The translations under genes and the position numbers were made by a program. DNA of 64,000 bases, from the IMG/VR virus record IMGVR_UViG_2939127364_000001. One strand, given 5' to 3'. Positions 38,756-47,552 of the stretch are shown one piece after another. The notes beneath the pieces were generated by a model. That model saw only the letters and a program-made list of their open reading frames with translations, had not been told where the DNA came from and did not search any database. Positions within the stretch are counted from its first letter, which is position 1. Every line of letters begins with the position of its first letter. Source of the stretch: a virus (lineage: Duplodnaviria; Heunggongvirae; Uroviricota; Caudoviricetes).

Positions 38756-39453
38756 TACATACGCTCCTTGTAGTAGTCGACCAGCCATACCAGAGCCTCA
38801 CCAGCGTTCTCCATTTCATTACCGGTGTTAATAGCCTGCTCTTTGATGATGTTTTTTATGGTTTCTGCAACACGATCTGACGCATCGAAAGTTACTTTGA
38901 AGCGCATGGTCTGATGTTCCGCACCCACACGTTCGGTTTTCTCTCGTTTGTCGGTATCGACAGGCTCATCACTACCACGAGACAACGCCTCCAGTGCTTC
39001 AAGGTCGATTGCCGCCTCTTTTGCTAAAACCATCGAGATTTCGTCGTCATACGGGGCGATTTCAGACAGTTGATAGTCAAGTTCTGACTGAATTTCTTCA
39101 ATGAAGCGTTGCAATGCGATTTGGTCGTCTTCACCGTATCGCTCGTTGTCCACCAGTGACATCTGTTTAGCTACGACATCGCTAATTTTGCCCACAGAAA
39201 GCACCGGAACCGTTGAAATTCCTTGCTCAATAGCAGCACGCCAGCGATGTTCGCCGCCGAGGATTTCAAAAAATCCATCTTCAAGTTCACGAGCCAAAAT
39301 TGGCTTAAAAAAGCCCAATTTTTCGATAGAACCTTTCAGTTTTTCAAAATTCTGCGCACCAACCGAATTGGTGTTCCAGGTATTCGGGCGAAGGTTGGCA
39401 ACATCAACCTGCAAAATCGTGATTTTTACATCCATTTTATTGCTACAATCCAC
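38755..39453 (-). CDS. ParB N-terminal-domain protein 1
   Basis: 232 aa; ParB box GGEHRWRAA...VPVLSV; first gene of the coupled operon. Confidence 0.6.
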   Translation of the reverse strand: MDCSNKMDVKITILQVDVANLRPNTWNTNSVGAQNFEKLKGSIEKLGFFKPILARELEDGFFEILGGEHRWRAAIEQGISTVPVLSVGKISDVVAKQMSLVDNERYGEDDQIALQRFIEEIQSELDYQLSEIAPYDDEISMVLAKEAAIDLEALEALSRGSDEPVDTDKREKTERVGAEHQTMRFKVTFDASDRVAETIKNIIKEQAINTGNEMENAGEALVWLVDYYKERM

Positions 39454-39471
39454 TAAGTAATCACTTACTTA
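39452..39471. promoter_or_regulatory. Motif B in divergent region between ParB-like operon and SF2 helicase
   Basis: ctaagtaatcacttacttat. Confidence 0.3.
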
Positions 39472-39517
39472 TTATAATAGCCAAATAACATACAAAAGGC
39501 ACTAAGGAAAGAGGTTT

Positions 39518-41077
39518 ATGACTGTTCGGATTGTATCTAACGCAGTTAATGCGCTTATTTCTGGCGCAGATGACAAGGTAAAGCAAATGGTGCAACAGAT
39601 GTTGAGCTACGAAGTCGAGACTGGCGACTGGAAGGGCACAAGCACGATGTTCAACTGGAGTAAAAACTCGTTCCCTGCTGGCTTTGCCAAGCCTGTAGCG
39701 GCGAACTTGAACAAGGCGGGCATCAAATGTGTTCATATCCGCAAAGACAAAGCCCCGGCGCTTGGTAAACCAAATCCGGCGGTTAACCCATTCCCATACA
39801 ATCCTGATTATGCGTATCAGGATCAGACTGTGGAAACACTGGTTCGAGAGGGAATGATGATTGCGCAGATCGCTACTGGTGGCGGGAAATCTAACGTTGC
39901 CTGCAAAGCAGCTGCACGTATCGGTCGAATGACATTATTTTTAACAACCCGCTCTGTTCTGATGTTTCAAATGGCCGAAAACTTCCAGAGATCCATCGAC
40001 TACCGCGCCGAAAATGGCGAACCGTGGTTAAAAGACCAAAAGGTTGGAGTCATTGGCTCTGGTGAGTTCCAGGTATCACGACATATCAACGTCGCTACAG
40101 TTCAAACTCTGGCAAGTTTCCTTGAAGAACCACCACGCGATGCAACTCCAGATAAGAAGAGCTACCACCTCAAACGTCGGGACTTGGTGAAACGCTTCCT
40201 TTCAAGTGTGTCTCTGCTTATTCTGGAAGAGGCGCATGAGTCTTCAGGTTCTAATTTCTATGACATTGCCAGATTATGTGTGAACGCAGACTATCGTCTG
40301 GCACTTACGGCCACGCCGTTCATGAAGGATTCTACAGAAGCCAACATGCGTCTGATGGCTGTGGCTGGGCGAATTGAAATCAAAGTCACAGAAAAGTACC
40401 TGATTGATCGAGGCATTCTGGCAAAACCGTACTTCCTTTATCATAAAGTTGCCTACAAGCCAGACGAGGTCAGAATAAAGGCGGAACTTGCCAACAAACA
40501 CCTCAATTTTAGAGTAGGTATGAGCACAGCCTACCAAAAGGCTTATCAGTTGGGCATCGTGTATAATTTGGGACGTAATGAGGCCATTGTTCGCGAAGCA
40601 TTGCTCTATAAGCAACATTCTCTCAATTGTATGACTCTGGTTCGTCTTAAACGCCACGGGAAAATCCTGATGGAAATGATGAAAGAGTCCGGCCTTAGAG
40701 TTGACTTCATTTATGGGGAATCGAACCAGTCGACAAGGCAAGCAAAGCTGAACAGTTTAGCGTCTGGTGAAATAGATGTTTTAATAGGCTCGACTATTCT
40801 GGATGTTGGTGTTGATGTGCCAAGCGTTGGTGCGGTCATTCTTGCTGGTGGTGGGAAAGCAGAAGTTGAAATGAGACAGCGTGTCGGTCGTGGCTTACGA
40901 GCCAAGAAGAATCAGGCAAACGTGTGTTTTATCACTGATTTCATTGACATTAGCAACAAATACCTGTTGTCTCACTCTTATGAGCGAAAACACATCATCG
41001 ACACCACACCTGGCTTTGCAGAAGGTGTATTGCCTATTGATGGCGCATTCGATTTTGGAGTTCTGAAACGAGATTAG
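39518..41077 (+). CDS. Superfamily 2 DEAD/DEAH-like helicase
   Basis: 519 aa; motif I ATGGGKSNV, motif II LILEEAHE, motif III TATP, motif VI QRVGRGLR. Confidence 0.75.
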   Translation: MTVRIVSNAVNALISGADDKVKQMVQQMLSYEVETGDWKGTSTMFNWSKNSFPAGFAKPVAANLNKAGIKCVHIRKDKAPALGKPNPAVNPFPYNPDYAYQDQTVETLVREGMMIAQIATGGGKSNVACKAAARIGRMTLFLTTRSVLMFQMAENFQRSIDYRAENGEPWLKDQKVGVIGSGEFQVSRHINVATVQTLASFLEEPPRDATPDKKSYHLKRRDLVKRFLSSVSLLILEEAHESSGSNFYDIARLCVNADYRLALTATPFMKDSTEANMRLMAVAGRIEIKVTEKYLIDRGILAKPYFLYHKVAYKPDEVRIKAELANKHLNFRVGMSTAYQKAYQLGIVYNLGRNEAIVREALLYKQHSLNCMTLVRLKRHGKILMEMMKESGLRVDFIYGESNQSTRQAKLNSLASGEIDVLIGSTILDVGVDVPSVGAVILAGGGKAEVEMRQRVGRGLRAKKNQANVCFITDFIDISNKYLLSHSYERKHIIDTTPGFAEGVLPIDGAFDFGVLKRD

Positions 41078-41079
41078 TT

Positions 41080-41358
41080 ATGAGCGAAAAGAAAACAACT
41101 TATTGCCAAGTGGCATTGTCTGATAAGGCCAATGAAAAACTTGGAAAATTTCAAATAAAACTCAAAGAGAAAAAAATCAAGATGTCTAAGGCTGAAGTTA
41201 TCAATGCCATTCTGGAGACGATGACTATGGCTGAATTTGACAAAGTCACATCTGCTGTTGGGGTTTCCGCTAAGACGCGTGAGAAAATCATGCGCATCTA
41301 TGAAAACTCCAATATGACAAAAAAAGATTTAGAGGAAATACTGAGCAGGTTGCCGTAA
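41080..41358 (+). CDS. Small hypothetical protein
   Basis: 92 aa, starts 3 nt after the helicase stop. Confidence 0.45.
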   Translation: MSEKKTTYCQVALSDKANEKLGKFQIKLKEKKIKMSKAEVINAILETMTMAEFDKVTSAVGVSAKTREKIMRIYENSNMTKKDLEEILSRLP

Positions 41359-41423
41359 CATTTCATATTTACCCCCTATCTACTAATTCTATGATGTGCT
41401 CACTTGTTAGAAAGGAGCACATC

Positions 41424-41990
41424 ATGAGTTGGTTAAAAGAATTATCATTTGTTGACACCACTGGCGCTAAGAAAAATCATTCTTTCTGGAAAGTCAGCGA
41501 TCCTTCTGATTTTCTTGTTGGTGCTAATGCTGCTTTTGAATTGCTTAACTTTTATCAACGTTATCCAGAAATGAAACACAGTCCACTCCTGTACAGAATA
41601 ACAAACGATATGAATAGGTCTGGTTTATTATCAAGTGAGTCAGCGAAAGGCTTTTTTAGCAAAATTACGCCTCACATATCATTCGATGCAACAAACGAAA
41701 TTGATTATCTATCCACGAAATCTCAAGAACAATTATCTGTACCACCTGAGAAAAAAGAAAGACGAATTGCCAGCATTGAAAATATATCGAAAGAGCTTCG
41801 CACAACAACGTTGAGGCTGCTGAACTTTCTTACGCTGCTTAATTGGATAGATGATCAAACATTGATTCCATCAACAGATGCGTTGGATAACAGAGTCCTT
41901 AGGCTGAACAAAAAATCGCAATTTGGTTTTGTGTTCACCAAAAAAGGTGAAGATTTAATCAAAAGAAAATATAGATTATTGAATGATTAA
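41424..41990 (+). CDS. Hypothetical protein (AT-rich moron gene 1)
   Basis: Track ORF 41391..41990; ATG at 41424 follows GAAAGGAG; low GC; a 9-bp inverted repeat gatgtgctc/gagcacatc spans the SD. Confidence 0.5.
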   Translation: MSWLKELSFVDTTGAKKNHSFWKVSDPSDFLVGANAAFELLNFYQRYPEMKHSPLLYRITNDMNRSGLLSSESAKGFFSKITPHISFDATNEIDYLSTKSQEQLSVPPEKKERRIASIENISKELRTTTLRLLNFLTLLNWIDDQTLIPSTDALDNRVLRLNKKSQFGFVFTKKGEDLIKRKYRLLND

Positions 41991-42130
41991 TAGTCTACAT
42001 GCAGGTGTATGAGAGCACCTGCATGTGACATTCGTCACGTTTTTTGAAACATATACCTCCGGCTGAAAAAAGATCTTGATTGGCTGAACGATATTTGTAG
42101 GCTTACCTATGTTTAGAACCGGAGGCATGA

Positions 42131-42679
42131 ATGGGTCACTTACCTTTTGATAAGAGATTTTTAAGTGCAAAGGAAATAAAGGACTGTGTGGATTTTTATC
42201 ATAAAAAAAATAAACAGAAATCTTGCTTAGAAAACCCTAGACACCTAACTTCTTCTCAAAAAGAAGAGCACAAACTAATACAATACAGGTTAAAGACTTC
42301 ACGTAAAGATCGTTATGAACACTATATATACGTGAAAGATATTGAAGGCACCAGGACAAATTGCGGAGTAGTCTTTTATCCTTTTGATATAACAAAAATG
42401 TTCGCTATTATGGACTCCTGTGATGGCGTGGCCCCTGGAAAATTGGAGTTGCATTCAAATTTATACACTTATCCCAGTGCTCGGAAATGGATAAGAGATA
42501 GCACGTCACCCTATGGTTTTTCTTTTCTTTTCAAAAATCATCTGGCATTAAAAAATTTTATCGAAAAATACAACAACTGCATATCATCAGGTGAATTAAG
42601 TTTCGACAAAGTCTGTAAAAACATAAAAAGATATGACCTCTTAAAAGATATTTACAACAGAACTCAGAAGAGCATGTAG
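42131..42679 (+). CDS. Hypothetical protein (AT-rich moron gene 2)
   Basis: 182 aa; low GC; no recognisable motif. Confidence 0.5.
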   Translation: MGHLPFDKRFLSAKEIKDCVDFYHKKNKQKSCLENPRHLTSSQKEEHKLIQYRLKTSRKDRYEHYIYVKDIEGTRTNCGVVFYPFDITKMFAIMDSCDGVAPGKLELHSNLYTYPSARKWIRDSTSPYGFSFLFKNHLALKNFIEKYNNCISSGELSFDKVCKNIKRYDLLKDIYNRTQKSM

Positions 42680-42706
42680 CCACTCACTAATCATAGTCAA
42701 TCAAAT

Positions 42707-43126
42707 ATGAAAGCAAAAAACTTAATGATTCTAATGCTAACCACGTCACTAATTGGGTGTTCGTCTTCGTCTATATCTATTTCAAAGGCAAAGGATGCAC
42801 CTCAAAGCAGAATATTTAAATATCAAACACCACATGAGTCTAGTCTAACAATAGTTCGAGACAAAGGGCTGGTTGGTTCTGCATGTAACGCTTCCATTTT
42901 CATCAATGGAGAAACGGCTGCAAAGCTAGAACCTGGTGAAAAAGCAACTTTCTACCTTAACGAAGGAGAGTGGATCGTTGGGACATCAATTGAAAGTTCA
43001 GGTCTTTGCGCATTTAACCCCTCCAGGATGGAACGAGAAATAAAGCTAAAGCAGGGCGACTCGAAAACATATCGGGTTTTCACTACCTGGGATGGTACAA
43101 TGGACATATTGCCAACCACTTTATAA
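42707..43126 (+). CDS. Lipoprotein (superinfection-exclusion candidate)
   Basis: 139 aa; signal peptide with lipobox LTTSLIGCSSS. Confidence 0.6.
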   Translation: MKAKNLMILMLTTSLIGCSSSSISISKAKDAPQSRIFKYQTPHESSLTIVRDKGLVGSACNASIFINGETAAKLEPGEKATFYLNEGEWIVGTSIESSGLCAFNPSRMEREIKLKQGDSKTYRVFTTWDGTMDILPTTL

Positions 43127-43130
43127 TGAT

Positions 43131-43652
43131 ATGACGACGAAAGACATCACCTACGGCATACCGGCTGAAGTCTGGCCGCGAGACTACGAACATGCAGAGC
43201 GCACCTTGCTCTTCTGGCGGAGTGCAAAATTTCCTGTAAGAGTCACTCTCGAAGACGGCCAAGTGTTTTGCATGTATGTCTACGGGCTATTGAGCGCAAG
43301 AAATAAGCTGAACCTCACACCAGATCCGCTTAGCAACACAAATCGTATAAGGCTCCCTCTTGAGCGCATTAGCACAATTGAGTCGGGCATAGAAGAGGTT
43401 GACACTTCATTCACAGGTCGACTAACGCTAAACAATGAACAGATGGTTAATCAGCCATCACGTCGTGACTTTTTTAAGATATGTCGTCAGGCTTACCAAA
43501 ACGGCAAATCTATAAGGGTCTACATGGCAGACGGTCGCGAAATTGAGGGAACGTCAGATGGCGTTGACGCCTGTCTAGTCACACTTAAGTTGGAAGACGG
43601 TAGAAAAATACTTATTTTCTTCGATTGGGTTGAACGAATCCTTCCGTTTTAA
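43131..43652 (+). CDS. Hypothetical protein
   Basis: Track ORF 43092..43652; start set at ATG 43131, just after the lipoprotein stop. Confidence 0.4.
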   Translation: MTTKDITYGIPAEVWPRDYEHAERTLLFWRSAKFPVRVTLEDGQVFCMYVYGLLSARNKLNLTPDPLSNTNRIRLPLERISTIESGIEEVDTSFTGRLTLNNEQMVNQPSRRDFFKICRQAYQNGKSIRVYMADGREIEGTSDGVDACLVTLKLEDGRKILIFFDWVERILPF

Positions 43653-43665
43653 TTTCTATAAGGGT

Positions 43666-43696
43666 AATAACCGGCTAAGTCCGGTTATTATTTTAC
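43666..43696 (+). terminator. Rho-independent terminator
   Basis: aataaccgg-ctaagt-ccggttatt followed by attttac. Confidence 0.55.
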
Positions 43697-43949
43697 ATGC
43701 CATTCGTTTAACACTCATTCAATTCTCCCCCGTATAAATATATAAGGTCAAAAGCCGGAATTTATTATTTATTTAGGGAACACCTTCGACGATCTCGCTT
43801 TTATTTCTAAGACTTTCATCCCTGCAAAAAAACTTAAAAAAACACTTGCAATCTTTTTTCGCGTATCGATAATTGAACGCATCAGGAACGAGTGCAAAAC
43901 ACTTTCTTTCTTGAGTTAAATTTTAATATTTATACTAAGGAATAAAATC

Positions 43950-44600
43950 ATGGCTAACATTATCATTTCTAAAAAATCCATCATTGAAGCTGCTGCCATT
44001 GTATCCGACGAGCTGCGCGAAAAAGCAGATCTGGCAACTCAAACATATAACGAACATTATAAAAATGGTACGCACACAAAAGCAGACAAAGCAAACATGC
44101 AAGCTGCGACCACTAAACTTGCTTACTTCATCAACAACGTTGTGAACGCAGTAGAAGACGAAAAATTATGCTCTGTTTTCTACTATGCGATCAAAGCAAG
44201 CAAACAAGCGCCAGAAGTATTTTTCCGTGATGCAATGACTAATAGTTATTCACTGGAAAAACTGGTCTATCTGGTCAAATCAATTAAAGCTGGAAAGTGT
44301 GTTTATTCCGTCGCTGATATGTCCGGATCTCGTGTATTCGCATTAATCGATATGATTAACGACGAGATCGACACGTTCACCAATGGCGCTGTTTTCGATT
44401 TAATGAATGAAGCGAAAAAAGCGTGCGAAATTAAATTGGACGCTGGCTATACTCAAGCCAACCAGTTGATCAATCTTTGCGAACGTCTTGGACTTGTTGA
44501 AAAAGTCAAAGGAGCTGGGAGCGCGAAAGCTGGTACTCAGCAATATCGCTTCATTAAAAATGATTTCTATAACTATCTGGCTGATGCTTTCAAAGCGTAA
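43950..44600 (+). CDS. Hypothetical protein (insulated single-gene unit)
   Basis: 216 aa; long AT-rich upstream region; RBS AAGGAA; terminator immediately downstream. Confidence 0.55.
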   Translation: MANIIISKKSIIEAAAIVSDELREKADLATQTYNEHYKNGTHTKADKANMQAATTKLAYFINNVVNAVEDEKLCSVFYYAIKASKQAPEVFFRDAMTNSYSLEKLVYLVKSIKAGKCVYSVADMSGSRVFALIDMINDEIDTFTNGAVFDLMNEAKKACEIKLDAGYTQANQLINLCERLGLVEKVKGAGSAKAGTQQYRFIKNDFYNYLADAFKA

Positions 44601-44613
44601 TTAATGGAATCTT

Positions 44614-44634
44614 GCGCCCACTATGGGCGCTTTT
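44614..44634 (+). terminator. Terminator hairpin GCGCCCACTATGGGCGC, copy 1
   Basis: gcgccca-cta-tgggcgc followed by tttt. Confidence 0.6.
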
Positions 44635-44647
44635 AAGGAGCTTAATC

Positions 44648-44878
44648 ATGTTTATTCTTATCGCTGGCGTTAACGTGCGCAATGAATATTTTGTTAATCG
44701 CATCGCTGGGATCGCTGGTTACGCTGGGCGCGCAGTCGAGCTTATAAATGAAACAACGCGCAAAATTGACTTATTGAGCGACCAGGAGCGAAAAAAAGCA
44801 GACGTGAACGACGCTGATATTTTTTTAATGTTAAAAGCGTTTGTAGAAATGGGATTTAAAATCAGTTTACACAAATAA
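44648..44878 (+). CDS. Small hypothetical protein (76 aa) flanked by duplicated terminator
   Basis: ATG at 44648 preceded by AAGGAG; the track start at 44612 lies inside the terminator hairpin. Confidence 0.45.
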   Translation: MFILIAGVNVRNEYFVNRIAGIAGYAGRAVELINETTRKIDLLSDQERKKADVNDADIFLMLKAFVEMGFKISLHK

Positions 44879-44884
44879 AATCGA

Positions 44885-44907
44885 GCGCCCACTATGGGCG
44901 CTTTTTT
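44885..44907 (+). terminator. Terminator hairpin GCGCCCACTATGGGCGC, copy 2
   Basis: Identical 17-bp hairpin followed by tttttt. Confidence 0.6.
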
Positions 44908-44931
44908 CGTTTCCAATACTTCCACCATAAC

Positions 44932-44954
44932 GCGCCAATGATGGCGCTTTTTTT
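44932..44954 (+). terminator. Third tandem terminator
   Basis: gcgcca-atga-tggcgc followed by ttttttt. Confidence 0.55.
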
Positions 44955-45330
44955 ATTGTCTTTGACTCACACCAACAACATAAAAATAAGCGCCAAAATA
45001 ACGCCATAGACGTGCTTTTATATCCTTACCAGTACATACCCATTACTTAGCGCATTAACGCGCTTAAATCGCGTTATATTGCGTTATGGTGTATGGTTAA
45101 TCATTGGCTTTTATTCTTGCTATGTGATCCGCGTTTAATTGTCGGCGCGGATCGACATTTTGTTTTGTTCCGTATCCGCTCGCGTATTATGTGCGCGTGA
45201 TTTTTCACATAATCACACCACTTAATCACATATGTGATTACGCTACGAAAGAAATCTGGATGTCTCAGGCGACGAAAGTCATCATAATTTTCCCCGCTCA
45301 CCTGTCCGACAACCGCTGGTTGGATTCCAC

Positions 45331-45491
45331 CAGCTTCCCGATGTTTTTTCTACATAAAGGCGAATGCAGCCGTTTCCCGAAAAAATCCTGGCCGTTTCCC
45401 GTCGGCTCATGAATACGTTCCTTGCCGTTTCTGAAAATTTCCCTGCGGCAGCTGGTGGCTATAGAGAAAGGGCCGTTTCTGGCCCTCTTCT
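45331..45491. repeat. Iteron-like cluster 1 (GCCGTTTC(C/T) repeats)
   Basis: 4-5 direct copies (cagccgtttcccg, ggccgtttcccg, tgccgtttctg, ggccgtttctgg), first two 22 bp apart; contains GCTGGTGG. Confidence 0.5.
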
Positions 45492-45494
45492 CAG

Positions 45495-45977
45495 TTACAC
45501 GCCATCAAGGATGTGGATGCGGTTGCTTGCGTATACATTCAGCATAAAGTTAGCGCAAAACAGTTTCCATGTATCAACGCCAGCGGTATACGTAATGTTT
45601 TTGCATTTAATTGCATTGTTGGCGATCCGCATCCCCTGCGATACTGCTTCATCGTCGGAAAATTTGAACGACGATTGAGTTTTAATCCAGACAGAAATCT
45701 GCGTAGCGAACTCAATCAGCTTGGACTGGCAGAATCGCCCGGAGCGCACCGGAAAGACGAACGTTCCGAATCCAGAATTTACCACATACGCTTTCTCAAA
45801 TACCCGCGAGTAACGACGATTGCAAATGATGTCGCGTGCAATAATGCATTTTTCTTGTGCTGACAGTTCTACCGTCTCATTGTCGCGCCATGCACCAAGT
45901 ACTCGTTTTTCAATGTCAGAGAACGTTACAGCGATATTGCCATGTGCGGGTGCGTTTACAGTAGCGATAAAATTCAT
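45495..45977 (-). CDS. Hypothetical early protein
   Basis: 160 aa; motif A 20 nt upstream of the ATG. Confidence 0.5.
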   Translation of the reverse strand: MNFIATVNAPAHGNIAVTFSDIEKRVLGAWRDNETVELSAQEKCIIARDIICNRRYSRVFEKAYVVNSGFGTFVFPVRSGRFCQSKLIEFATQISVWIKTQSSFKFSDDEAVSQGMRIANNAIKCKNITYTAGVDTWKLFCANFMLNVYASNRIHILDGV

Positions 45978-45996
45978 GATTAATTCCTTATCGTAA

Positions 45997-46013
45997 ATAA
46001 CAAATTGTTTTCT
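45997..46013. promoter_or_regulatory. Motif A upstream of 45495..45977
   Basis: ataacaaattgttttct. Confidence 0.4.
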
Positions 46014-46186
46014 TGTTGGCGTTAATTATCGTTGTACGAATAAGGCGTCAAAGTGGAAAGTTGCGGTAGCCGGACGGGAACAGGTGGGTTTGTCGGTTGC
46101 CTGGAGGTAAGAGGTTGGTGTTTTTAGCCTGCGGGAAACAGGATGGTCATTTAAGGCCACCAGCGTTAACTGGTGGCGTTTATCTC

Positions 46187-46777
46187 TCAGCGAGCAGATG
46201 AATAATATCCTTGAATTAGCTTTTCATCCACATACGGATACAGGAAGCGACGCGGGTTAGTTTGTCTGTGATTAAAAAAGTCTCTGTCATCGAAATATTG
46301 GGCACAATGATCATGGAATCCATGAATTGCATTAACAGCTAGTTCGCGGATGTCTTCATCTGTCTTGTCTGGTTTTGAATTGTACACATATATAGTAGGA
46401 TCAAGATCATACTCATTAATTGAGACTTCGACAAGTGCGTCTGGCTCTTCGCCAAACTGCTCAAGCCAAAAAAATCTTGTCATTTTCTCGTTGTGTAAAG
46501 ATGCCACTCCATAAAAATCCATTGGGAAACGAGTTTTAAGATCGCCATTCAGAATCTCTTCATCTGGCTCTTTTTCTACAATGTAAACATCCTTAGTTTT
46601 GATATACTCCACCATAGGATTAACCATTTTTAATTTTGCGTTCCAAAAATCTTCTTCTTTTTTGCGCATTTCTTCTTCTGCTTGCTGAAACTCTGCTTCT
46701 GCGGATTTCATTTCTTTCATAGTCTGTCCATATACTTCGTACAGTTCATTGGTTTTTTTCTCTAAATCAATGCTCAT
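46187..46777 (-). CDS. Hypothetical early protein
   Basis: 196 aa, acidic, coiled-coil N-terminus; half-site TTGTTTTC upstream. Confidence 0.5.
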   Translation of the reverse strand: MSIDLEKKTNELYEVYGQTMKEMKSAEAEFQQAEEEMRKKEEDFWNAKLKMVNPMVEYIKTKDVYIVEKEPDEEILNGDLKTRFPMDFYGVASLHNEKMTRFFWLEQFGEEPDALVEVSINEYDLDPTIYVYNSKPDKTDEDIRELAVNAIHGFHDHCAQYFDDRDFFNHRQTNPRRFLYPYVDEKLIQGYYSSAR

Positions 46778-47060
46778 TTTTAATTCCTCGTTTGTTTTCG
46801 ATGTGATAATTATCGCTGAATGAAATAGGCTAAAAAGAAGATTTATAAGGCTACTATCTGGAAGTAAGGCAAAGTGTTGTCATTTAAGGCCACCAATGCT
46901 GATGGCCTTAATAATTATCGCACGATTACGCTAAGGATCTTTTCCTCAACTGATTTGTTGTTGCGACTAAACTGCCTTGCGTATCTGATGACAGAAGAGG
47001 CGTTTTGCTTTCTGACCATCTCGGCTCTTTCCTTCAGGCGTTTCTTGAAATCGCCCATAT

Positions 47061-47477
47061 TTACCACCAGGCGCAGAAGGTCAGTCTGTTATTGTGAAAG
47101 TCGTGGTTCTTAATCAGATCTTCCACAAGCTCTTTCAACTGCCCCACATCATGCCAGTAACCTTCATCGTACTCCTGACTGCCGAAGAAAAAACCTTCCC
47201 GGGTAGGCAAGTACTCTTCGCAATTACTTTCGTTTATGTGCATCAAATGAGCCTTCAGAAAACAAATGTCATTCATCGTTAATTCTAAAAGCTCACAATT
47301 TTCGACTTCACCTACGTTGCGCTCCATCCACCCAACGAGCGCATTGAACTTACGGAAGTAAGCAACCTGCTTTCTGGATGCCTCGTTATTCAGATCGTTT
47401 TTAGGCTGTGTCTCGATATAGATATCAAGTCCCATGATGGTTTCCTTATTAAGTTGCTTCAGTGAAATCATTTTCAC
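47061..47477 (-). CDS. Hypothetical early protein
   Basis: 138 aa, GTG start; motif A 15 nt upstream. Confidence 0.5.
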   Translation of the reverse strand: MKMISLKQLNKETIMGLDIYIETQPKNDLNNEASRKQVAYFRKFNALVGWMERNVGEVENCELLELTMNDICFLKAHLMHINESNCEEYLPTREGFFFGSQEYDEGYWHDVGQLKELVEDLIKNHDFHNNRLTFCAWW

Positions 47478-47491
47478 AAATCAGATAAGGC

Positions 47492-47508
47492 AGAAAACAA
47501 ATTGTTAT
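47492..47508. promoter_or_regulatory. Motif A upstream of 47061..47477
   Basis: agaaaacaaattgttat. Confidence 0.4.
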
Positions 47509-47552
47509 CGGGCATAAGAAAATGGCGCGGTTTACGCGCCATTCAAAGAGGA

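Noticed and set aside
43861-43950. Sigma-70 promoter call upstream of the 216-aa gene (TTGAGT ... TATACT)
   Set aside because: Spacing between the candidate -35 and -10 hexamers is 14-16 bp depending on which hexamer is chosen, and neither fit is good; left as an AT-rich leader without a promoter call.
45452-45459. Chi octamer GCTGGTGG within iteron cluster 1
   Set aside because: A single occurrence is expected by chance in 64 kb and its orientation relative to replication or packaging is unknown; not reported as a feature.
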